Made by a program: the position numbers and the translations under genes
Source of the DNA: a virus
Taxonomy: Duplodnaviria; Caudoviricetes
DNA: 28,447 nucleotides
Virus record (IMG/VR): IMGVR_UViG_3300044216_001692
Coordinates: 1-28,447 of that record
Direction: 5' to 3' (one strand)
Shown here: piece by piece, positions 7,963 through 14,617 of the stretch
How positions within the stretch are numbered: the first letter of the stretch is position 1
Layout of the letters: each line of letters starts with the position of its first letter
Notes under the pieces: model-generated
What the model was told of the DNA's origin: nothing
The model's input: the letters and a program-made list of their open reading frames with translations, nothing else
The model's database searches: none

Positions 7963-9621
7963 TTAGTTGATGTAAGAATTAGTTAGTTGTGTGACTGAGT
8001 GTGAAGGTTGTTCTTCGTCGATATAGCTTTGGAAAGCGTATGCGTAAGCTAGAACACGCACGTGGTTTGGTTCTGCATAGCCACCGAATAGCATGTCTTT
8101 TGCTTTTTCTACGAAGAAGCGAGTGCGTGCTTGTGTTGGTGCGCTGATGTTGGATAGAAGCTGTTCGATTTTGATGCACCATGATTTGGCGTCTTCGTCT
8201 GTAGTATCCATCCAGTTAGGTATGCCTTGAATTTTGTCATCGTAAGAAGCAGTCATCCAAGTGAAGTCTTCATTCATGTAGTGTTCTATGCACTCTGCTA
8301 GAGCTTGCATAAGTTTGAAGCGACGTAGGATACATGCGCGGTCTTTGACTCTGTTAGGTAATCGTAGTTCGAACCTAGTGTTGCTACGTAATCTGCCTTT
8401 TTCTACGAGAGCGCCGTAGTGATGGTCAGTGCCACGATATGGATTAAGCTTTTTGTTACAGCTTGCGTATTGATTGGTTAATCGTTTTTTCCACATAGAG
8501 AAGATGAGACCAAGCCAAGGACGGATGTGCCAGTATTGCATTTTGTTTTCGCGGTGTGCGAAGTTGATGTGACCGCCGCATCTATTGTTGGTGTTTAGGT
8601 CTATGTATTTGCTGTCGCAGGCGTCATCGAAGAACTTTTCATAGTTGTCTAGTGAATAGACGTTTGTGATGCCTTCGATACCGCATGAGCTGTCGGTTTC
8701 CCAATGGCTGAATAGTGGTTGTTGCTCAATTAAAGAGCCAGCTTCTTGGTCGCCATTGTCGAGGCAGTCTTTTTCTACTTCGAAACCGATAGTGTATTTA
8801 GATAAAGGTATGGTTTGGTCGAGTGGCAAGCAGTGGTAGTATGGCTCTACGCCGCAGTGATAGTCTTGGATAGTTTGTGTGTGGTCACGGTTTGGTAGAT
8901 TGCCTTCGTAGTAGTAGAACTCTCCGTCTAGGTGACAGTAATAGCAGTCATCTACTAAGGTGTATTGGTCAATATCTATACACCAGCGGACGTTGTCGTC
9001 GTCTGGATGAACATAGTAGTCACGACAGTCGTTGTATTGTAGGATAGAGCCTGCTTCATCTTCGTGATACCAATTGTGGTCACTTTCGCACAAGACAGCG
9101 TGAGAATTACAAATGATTTGGTCATCGTAAGTTGTTCTGACGTCGCCTCTGTATTGATAGATTGGGCGTTCGTCTGCGTTGTCTGGGTCGTCTCCATAAT
9201 GTTGAGGTGAAAGAGTAACGCATTGGTTTTTAGGAAGCCATCTGTTGCAGTAGGTAAGAACCATGTCATCTGGGTGAATAGGGTTATTGTCTTCTGCATG
9301 AAGGCATATCAAATATGAGTTTGGCATGTTTTCAGAAAGACTGCGATGTAGATTGAATCTGAATACTTCTGATTTGTGGATGTAATACCAATCATAGTCA
9401 CGCTCTTGGTTTGCACAAGCGCGAAGTCTGAATAATATAGTATCAAGAAGGGGAACTTTTTGACCAGATTTAGCGCCAAAAGTTACGACGATATCTTCAC
9501 TGTCGGGAGACCAATTTTGTCTATAGTCTTGATAGTCAGTGTGTGGTTTGATGGCTTCTTGAACAGCTGATGGCTTGTAGTGGTAAAGGAACAAGTAATC
9601 TCTTAGTTGTTTTTCGTTCAT
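7963..9621 (-). CDS. Putative amidoligase (glutamine synthetase-like COOH-NH2 ligase) with Cys/Tyr/Asp-rich repeats upstream of the catalytic domain
   Basis: IGFEVE, WETDSSCGIEGIT, CGGHINF and RFELRLP correspond to the ExE, D.S..E, H and E.R motifs of this fold. It neighbours a GATase-II/GGCT gene, as is known for these modules. Confidence 0.8.
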   Translation of the reverse strand: MNEKQLRDYLFLYHYKPSAVQEAIKPHTDYQDYRQNWSPDSEDIVVTFGAKSGQKVPLLDTILFRLRACANQERDYDWYYIHKSEVFRFNLHRSLSENMPNSYLICLHAEDNNPIHPDDMVLTYCNRWLPKNQCVTLSPQHYGDDPDNADERPIYQYRGDVRTTYDDQIICNSHAVLCESDHNWYHEDEAGSILQYNDCRDYYVHPDDDNVRWCIDIDQYTLVDDCYYCHLDGEFYYYEGNLPNRDHTQTIQDYHCGVEPYYHCLPLDQTIPLSKYTIGFEVEKDCLDNGDQEAGSLIEQQPLFSHWETDSSCGIEGITNVYSLDNYEKFFDDACDSKYIDLNTNNRCGGHINFAHRENKMQYWHIRPWLGLIFSMWKKRLTNQYASCNKKLNPYRGTDHHYGALVEKGRLRSNTRFELRLPNRVKDRACILRRFKLMQALAECIEHYMNEDFTWMTASYDDKIQGIPNWMDTTDEDAKSWCIKIEQLLSNISAPTQARTRFFVEKAKDMLFGGYAEPNHVRVLAYAYAFQSYIDEEQPSHSVTQLTNSYIN

Positions 9622-9641
9622 ATGTATACGTGGTTATGTGG

Positions 9642-9929
9642 TTATTTGTTTTTAGTGTATGTGCGTTTGTATCCCATGTTGTTGATGAGAGCGTATATAT
9701 CTGGTATGGTTACCGAGTCTTGCGTTTCATTGCGCGTGTTTTTGATAACTTTGTAGATGTGTTTGGGCTTGTAGCCTTGCTTGATTAGTTTTTCGCATTG
9801 TTTGCCGTATTGCTCAATTAAGCGTTCAGGCTTGTTTTTCTTTGGTAAGAGTTCTTTGATAAAACGCTGAATCTTGCTGAATTGATATGCGTTGCAGGTT
9901 ACTTGTAGTGTGTATGTTTGTTTTTTCAT
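9642..9929 (-). CDS. Hypothetical 95-aa basic early protein
   Basis: In operon order, with the shared AC-rich leader. Confidence 0.7.
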   Translation of the reverse strand: MKKQTYTLQVTCNAYQFSKIQRFIKELLPKKNKPERLIEQYGKQCEKLIKQGYKPKHIYKVIKNTRNETQDSVTIPDIYALINNMGYKRTYTKNK

Positions 9930-9957
9930 GTTTAGTTATGTGTGTGGTTATTATTGG

Positions 9958-10182
9958 TTAGATATATTTGTTTAGTATTGTGTATTCGTCTTTGGTTACT
10001 TCTATTAAGCTCTCTAGTTCAGCTTGTTGTTCCGAGTAGTTGTTTTCTGTGTCGAAGAATTTGGTTATAAAATATTCTGCTGACTTTTCGTCGGCGGCTT
10101 TGAAGCAGTAATTGGTTAGTGTTTCGTAATCTCCGTTACGGATTGCAACAGTGGATATGAAGCATTTTAAGTTTTGTGTCAT
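9958..10182 (-). CDS. Hypothetical 74-aa early protein
   Basis: Track ORF 9958..10239. The likely start is MTQNLK at 10182, which overlaps the stop of the upstream small ORF (ATGA). Confidence 0.7.
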   Translation of the reverse strand: MTQNLKCFISTVAIRNGDYETLTNYCFKAADEKSAEYFITKFFDTENNYSEQQAELESLIEVTKDEYTILNKYI

Positions 10183-10304
10183 GATAGTATTTGGTTGATG
10201 ATTACAATGAATGTGATGAGTTGAACGCCGACGATGCAAGCAAATACTATTTTGGCGGCATCGAACTCACGTTGAGTGGCAACGAGTGGTTTGTTGTTTT
10301 TCAT
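10179..10304 (-). CDS. 41-aa single-pass membrane peptide (not in ORF track)
   Basis: MKNNKPLVATQREFDAAKIVFACIVGVQLITFIVIINQILS. It has a TAACCACAC leader and an ATGA overlap with the next gene. Confidence 0.65.
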   Translation of the reverse strand: MKNNKPLVATQREFDAAKIVFACIVGVQLITFIVIINQILS

Positions 10305-10332
10305 AGTGTGGTTAGTGGCAAGTGGAAAGGAA

Positions 10333-10393
10333 CAACCGCGGGCTCCAAAAAGGGGGATGTAGAGTCCCCACTTGATGGTAGCGTGCGCGGCTG
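10333..10393 (-). promoter_or_regulatory. Long imperfect intergenic hairpin (RNase III site or attenuator candidate)
   Basis: Nested pairings CAGCCGCG/CGCGGTTG, GCT/AGC, CCA/TGG, AAG/CTT and GGGGA/TCCCC around the loop CTCTACA. Confidence 0.55.
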
Positions 10394-10394
10394 G

Positions 10395-10637
10395 TTAGGC
10401 TGGCATAGGACAGAGGCGCTCCTTTTTGTCTGTGCCAATGATTGGGATGAGCTTGACGGACTGTCCAACTTTGAACGGTGGTAGTTGAGATGAGTTCGTC
10501 CAGTGTTCTGGGTAGACTTTGTAGCCACCGTTTGTTTGCGGTTCCGCGAAGTGAACGACGTAAGAGTTTTTGGACTCTACGAAGCCGATGTTGATAACTT
10601 GAGCGGATTTGATTTGTGATTTTGATATTGTATTCAT
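10395..10637 (-). CDS. Hypothetical 80-aa protein, probable first early gene
   Basis: First plausible ORF after the non-coding block, with an AC-rich leader CAACATAACTAACT-ATG. Confidence 0.7.
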   Translation of the reverse strand: MNTISKSQIKSAQVINIGFVESKNSYVVHFAEPQTNGGYKVYPEHWTNSSQLPPFKVGQSVKLIPIIGTDKKERLCPMPA

Positions 10638-11006
10638 AGTTAGTTATGTTGATGACTAGGCTGTCCAACCTACGAATAACCAACCGCTGGCAACTCTCTA
10701 GATAGACTGGATGTTCTAGCTTTATCATCACCCCGTGTTGATGAAGCGACGAACAGCCCGACAAAAAACCCTAGCAAACACAGAGACAGCCGATGGAAAA
10801 CTAAAGAGCTAGCTCAAGTGGTGAGATAGGTGGCGTCGGATATATAGTCCGTCGTTAGGTGAGTGAGTATGCGGCTTAGATAGCACGCGGTAACAAATGG
10901 GTGGCAGGATGATAGTGGGTATGCGGTTGGACGGCGCGTCGAGCAGGTGGTCTAGGGGGGTTTTACAACGCACACATATAGCGAAACCCTTTCACATTTT
11001 TGTGCC

Positions 11007-11047
11007 AAAACAAAAGAGGCCACCCCCTAACCACAAGGAGTGACCTC
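11007..11047 (-). terminator. Intrinsic terminator
   Basis: GAGGTCACTCCTT-GTGGTT-AGGGGGTGGCCTC stem-loop (with G-U pairs) followed by TTTTGTTTT. Confidence 0.75.
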
Positions 11048-11071
11048 ACATACACATAACAAACAAATACA
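11007..11071 (-). ncRNA. Candidate ~64-nt small RNA antisense to early-gene leaders
   Basis: Bounded by a promoter (11105-11078) and an intrinsic terminator (11047-11007). Its GU-rich 5' arm and loop are complementary to the TAACCACA/CACATAAC leader motifs. Confidence 0.5.
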
Positions 11072-11077
11072 AAGTCT

Positions 11078-11105
11078 ATTCTGTCTGATGTAGGATGTCT
11101 GTCAA
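11078..11105 (-). promoter_or_regulatory. Sigma70-type promoter (leftward)
   Basis: TTGACA (11105-11100), 16 nt, CAGAAT (11083-11078). Confidence 0.55.
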
Positions 11106-11130
11106 CATAGAACAGGTCAATATTATAGTC

Positions 11131-11158
11131 TTGACAGGTCTCTGACCCTAATTACAAT
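11131..11158 (+). promoter_or_regulatory. Sigma70-type promoter (rightward, antisense to late genes)
   Basis: TTGACA (11131-11136), 16 nt, TACAAT (11153-11158). Confidence 0.6.
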
Positions 11159-11191
11159 TCACCGCATGGTGATACAAAAGGTTTACCTATA

Positions 11192-11299
11192 GTATACTCT
11201 GAGTATACCTTTATTTGTTATGATATAGTAATCATAGAGATAATCTAATAAGAAATAAGCACTGAGATTACTCTTAGTTAACTCTTAGTATACTTAGAG
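11192..11299. repeat. Palindrome plus short repeats near the genome end
   Basis: GTATACTC-T-GAGTATAC (11192-11208). ACTCTTAGT at 11270-11278 and 11281-11289, with the variant ACTCTGAGT at 11196-11204. Confidence 0.6.
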
Positions 11300-11315
11300 C
11301 CCCCCATATTAGTCC

Positions 11316-11576
11316 TTAATCTTGTTCTTCTTCTTCATCTTCTTCCCAAATCCAAGCTACATTTTCATTATCTATGCCTGCATTGAGGTATGATTTATGG
11401 TAGATGTTCGCACAATCTAGCAAACCATGAGCGGCATAGGGGTCACTAAAGGCTACCTCATAGGAAGTAGAGACATCGTAGTCTTGAGCTATGATAACAT
11501 AGTTCTTGAAGTGTTCGCCTAGGATTGCCTTGGCGCTCTCTAGAGGGCTTAGTGGGGAGTTATCATTTATATCCAT
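11316..11576 (-). CDS. Hypothetical 86-aa acidic protein downstream of terminase
   Basis: Overlaps the terL stop and has an acidic tail EEDEEEEQD. Confidence 0.75.
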   Translation of the reverse strand: MDINDNSPLSPLESAKAILGEHFKNYVIIAQDYDVSTSYEVAFSDPYAAHGLLDCANIYHKSYLNAGIDNENVAWIWEEDEEEEQD

Positions 11577-13228
11577 TGTAACGAGCTATTTGACCCCTTA
11601 GAACGCCTGTAATAGGCATCTGAGAAGTCTTGTAGTTCCTTGTTTATAAGTTCTTCTTTTCTGTCCTTGATTTTAGTGTCCATATCCTGAGCCATTTGTT
11701 CTACCCAGTAGTTCACGCCGATACTTAGCGCATCAAGGCGGTCATCGTGTGTTATAGCACCTCTGTCCTTAGTAATACGGGACATTTGGTACATTAGTTG
11801 GTAGCGCAGTTGTAGCTCTGGTGGGTAGCCCTGCGCTGTTTCAAAGTCTTTTCGGATAACATTAGGGCTAATAATGAGCCTGTGTTGGTTCATTATGGGC
11901 TCTAGGGTGTCAATAATCCGCTTTTCTTTCTGTATATTGTGTCTGACCTCCTCAATAGAGCAAGGGTGTATTTTGGTCAGTACGGGCTTGAATATTTCGT
12001 TAAACATACCGTCACCGAAGTTAGATTCCACTATGACGTAGTTAACAGAGTGGTTCTTAGCAATCATTGCGAGGGTCTTTAGGGTCTCATCGCTGTATCC
12101 TCCCATCAGTCCTCCAGCATCAGGCACAAACAGCATACCGTTAAGCATTTTGACCACTGCGTAGCCTGTTTCGTCCTTACCACGACCACTGGGGTCAATG
12201 GCTAACACTGAGCCTGTAAAGGGTATGTGTTCACCTATGGTTTGGAAGGGTCTGTGGTATCTGTCTCCACCGAAGCCTACGTTAGGAACACTGCCGTCCC
12301 ACACTAGGTCAGGAGCCTGAGCCCATACAAGCTTCTCTGGGGCGACCTCGTTATCAATATCCATTACAATTAGCTCGTTGAGCTTCAATGGGTGTCTATC
12401 GGTGTCACTGAGGCGTGTATCCAGCATGAACTGCATGGCAAACCCTGAGCGACCATAGGACATCTCCCGTTCCAACAGGTCAATATCGGAGAACCGTGTA
12501 GGTTCGGTAGCCTTGCCTTCCTTCTCAGCGTCTACACAGATGCCCTTTACAGCCTCGTTATAGCTCTTGGCGTTCTTTTCAGGGGTAACATACTTAGCAG
12601 GCCATACACGAGCCATATAGCCCCGTTCTTGTAGCTTTGTGTAGATACTGTCTTCAGTCTGAGGTGTGCCTAGGAATATTATCTTGGATTCATCGTTTGG
12701 CTTTATAATGGCGTCAAACTCTTTGACTTGTTCGCTGAGTTTTTCCCGCATGGTCTGGGTAGCACTGTTGTTCGCTACCTCGATGTCATCTGCTACAATG
12801 ATGTCTGCACGGGAACCTGTAAGCTGTGAGGTTATACCCAGCGATTTAACACTAGGTGCGTGAGACGCGGGGGCAGGCCCGACGTCGAAGCTAATCTTAC
12901 TGAACCGCTGTTTATCTGTAGGCTTCAGGTGAGACAGAAAGGGTATCTCGTGTATTAGCCTAAGAGTAAACGTAGAGAAGTCATCAGAACGCGTCTTGGA
13001 CGCAGAGACAACTAAAAAATTCAAAGAGGGGTTTAAGAATAACTGGTGAACCACATAGGCAGAACATATCCAAGACTTACCAACACCACGGAACGCCTCA
13101 ATGATAACACGCTTCTCTTCACCTTGCATGAAGTCAGCTATGTTATACTGAATAGGGGTGGGCTCTGGAAGGTTTAGGTGCTTCCAGACGAGGAACAAGA
13201 AGTTCCTAAAGTCTTTGAGTTCTTCCAT
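11567..13228 (-). CDS. terL: Terminase large subunit (DNA maturase B)
   Basis: EAFRGVGKSWI (Walker A), GSRADIIVADDIE (Walker B), LGTPQT, IDPSGRGKDETG, ESNFGDGMF and HDDRLDAL, all T7 gp19 motifs. Confidence 0.98.
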   Translation of the reverse strand: MEELKDFRNFLFLVWKHLNLPEPTPIQYNIADFMQGEEKRVIIEAFRGVGKSWICSAYVVHQLFLNPSLNFLVVSASKTRSDDFSTFTLRLIHEIPFLSHLKPTDKQRFSKISFDVGPAPASHAPSVKSLGITSQLTGSRADIIVADDIEVANNSATQTMREKLSEQVKEFDAIIKPNDESKIIFLGTPQTEDSIYTKLQERGYMARVWPAKYVTPEKNAKSYNEAVKGICVDAEKEGKATEPTRFSDIDLLEREMSYGRSGFAMQFMLDTRLSDTDRHPLKLNELIVMDIDNEVAPEKLVWAQAPDLVWDGSVPNVGFGGDRYHRPFQTIGEHIPFTGSVLAIDPSGRGKDETGYAVVKMLNGMLFVPDAGGLMGGYSDETLKTLAMIAKNHSVNYVIVESNFGDGMFNEIFKPVLTKIHPCSIEEVRHNIQKEKRIIDTLEPIMNQHRLIISPNVIRKDFETAQGYPPELQLRYQLMYQMSRITKDRGAITHDDRLDALSIGVNYWVEQMAQDMDTKIKDRKEELINKELQDFSDAYYRRSKGSNSSLQWI

Positions 13229-13449
13229 TATTTATTACGGGCGCGGTTCTTTGACTTGCTTTGTATCCGCAAGTTACTGCGACTGTTATTGTGGGGGTTA
13301 CGGTCGCGGTGGTCAACGTCTTTTCCCTGCACTGCTGACTTGCCGTGTGTTTTTACAGCTAGGCGTCTTGCCTTGTTACGGGAGGAACGACGGGCTCTTT
13401 GTGTGGCTGACCCGTGGTAGCTCTTATATTCTTTTTTATAATCTCTCAT
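13228..13449 (-). CDS. Small HNH-family endonuclease-like protein
   Basis: RDYKKEY...GKDVDHRDRNPHNNSRSNLRIQSKSKNRARN (DH...N...NL...N pattern). Lies between terS and terL. Confidence 0.8.
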   Translation of the reverse strand: MRDYKKEYKSYHGSATQRARRSSRNKARRLAVKTHGKSAVQGKDVDHRDRNPHNNSRSNLRIQSKSKNRARNK

Positions 13450-13675
13450 TGGCGGCAAGCTTTACGTGTTCAGAGTCATCTCGGAATGGCAACATATCTA
13501 CGAGGTTACCTAGAGGATTATCGTTGGTAACCTGTGCGTGTATCCCGTTGTCTTTGAGTAACTGACGGGCGGCATTAAGGTCACTAGGTGTTGCCGCACC
13601 TGCTTGAATACGCTCAATAAACTCATTAATAAGCATATCTTGAAGTACATTAAGTTTTTCTGTTTTTTCACTCAT
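13436..13675 (-). CDS. terS: Terminase small subunit (DNA maturase A)
   Basis: TPSDLNAARQLLKDNGI motif typical of T7 gp18 homologues; size and position fit. Confidence 0.88.
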   Translation of the reverse strand: MSEKTEKLNVLQDMLINEFIERIQAGAATPSDLNAARQLLKDNGIHAQVTNDNPLGNLVDMLPFRDDSEHVKLAANERL

Positions 13676-13835
13676 TTGAGTTATCTCCCTTTATTTCTTT
13701 GTAAATTTTAATGCCTAGGTAAATGAGAGTCATAACACCCACAGCTAATCCTACTGCTAGGTTCAAATCTCCTAAGGTGATTGTCCCAAGGAGTCCTGTG
13801 ATGCCTACGGCTGGTGGAATATGTGGAGAGTTCAT
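13668..13835 (-). CDS. 55-aa holin-like membrane protein (not in ORF track)
   Basis: MNSPHIPPAVGITGLLGTITLGDLNLAVGLAVGVMTLIYLGIKIYKEIKGDNSNE: hydrophobic core, charged C-terminus, gp17.5 position between tail fibre and terS. Confidence 0.7.
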   Translation of the reverse strand: MNSPHIPPAVGITGLLGTITLGDLNLAVGLAVGVMTLIYLGIKIYKEIKGDNSNE

Positions 13836-13837
13836 AG

Positions 13838-14605
13838 TTATGCAAAAGCTCGGAAGACTAGCCTCCAGTTAGCTGTGGTAGGGGTAACCGAACTTCTAGT
13901 TGATTTGTGAGCTATTACAATGTTGTTACCCATAACTATACCAACTTGAGTAGCATTAGCGAAAGGAGATATACCTTGACCATTATTGATTTTAATTTCA
14001 TCGTCTACCGAATAGCCTTGGTCAACTGTCTTACATCGAATAACAACTTCAAACAGCTTTGGGACTACATTTAGAGTATGCGTAACGCTTACTGTTCCGT
14101 ATTGGTTAGTAGCAATTAAGTTCTCCTCAGAGCTTTCAAAGCTGTTAGGTAACGCGCCGTCAGCACCGTTAGCACCATTAGCGCCGTTAACTCCATCATT
14201 ACCAGCAGGCCCTTGGATACCCTGTGGCCCCTGTGGGCCGATGCCTTCAACCTCTGTAGAAGCGTTCTCAGAAACTTCCTGAGCCACAAACAGACCTTGT
14301 TGATACGCAGTGTCTAGGTCAGTCTCAGAGAGCCTTGAGCCGTTCTGGAAGTCTACTAGCTGTGCTGTAGAGGTGTTACGCCATACACGTATCTTTGTGT
14401 AGGAGCTAGGAATCGCGCTGAGTTCAACAGTTTTTGCTGTGTTGTCCGTATCGGCGATTGTGAGGTCAGTCCAAGTAGAGCCGTTGTATCCCTTCACGTT
14501 TACATCCGTAATCGCAATGTAGTTAAAAGGTATTTCAAAGACTTTTTGTCCGAGTCCGTTTGTTCCAGTTCCACTGGTAGGGTATTCAACATATGAGTTA
14601 GCCAT
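13838..14605 (-). CDS. gp17: Short tail fibre/adaptor with T7 gp17-like N-terminal domain and collagen-like repeat
   Basis: FEIPFNYI...IRVWRNTS...VDFQNGSRLSETDLD...QGLFVAQE anchor domain, then GPQGPQGIQGPAGNDGVNGANGANGADG. Confidence 0.85.
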   Translation of the reverse strand: MANSYVEYPTSGTGTNGLGQKVFEIPFNYIAITDVNVKGYNGSTWTDLTIADTDNTAKTVELSAIPSSYTKIRVWRNTSTAQLVDFQNGSRLSETDLDTAYQQGLFVAQEVSENASTEVEGIGPQGPQGIQGPAGNDGVNGANGANGADGALPNSFESSEENLIATNQYGTVSVTHTLNVVPKLFEVVIRCKTVDQGYSVDDEIKINNGQGISPFANATQVGIVMGNNIVIAHKSTRSSVTPTTANWRLVFRAFA

Positions 14606-14617
14606 AAATTAGGGGGG

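Larger units (their letters stand above)
10640..11310. other. Non-coding genome-end / terminal-repeat junction region
   Basis: About 670 bp without a credible ORF between the terminase side and the first early gene, where T7-like genomes have their ends. It contains promoters, palindromes and short repeats. Confidence 0.7.

Noticed and set aside
10301-10764. Minus-strand ORFs 10312-10764 (150 aa) and 10301-10528 (75 aa)
   Set aside because: They overlap the 80-aa ORF that has the typical leader, run through the intergenic hairpin, and have implausible composition.
10640-11310. CRISPR array or mini-array
   Set aside because: The repeats are short (9-13 bp), few, and not separated by regular unique spacers.
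11290-11320. Phage RNAP promoter (ACTAATATGGGGGG on the minus strand)
   Set aside because: It resembles the end of a T7 promoter, but I could not find a second copy in the window to define a consensus.
14155-14245. 9-bp tandem repeats as a regulatory or variable repeat
   Set aside because: They are explained by Gly-X-Y collagen-like codons in the tail fibre.
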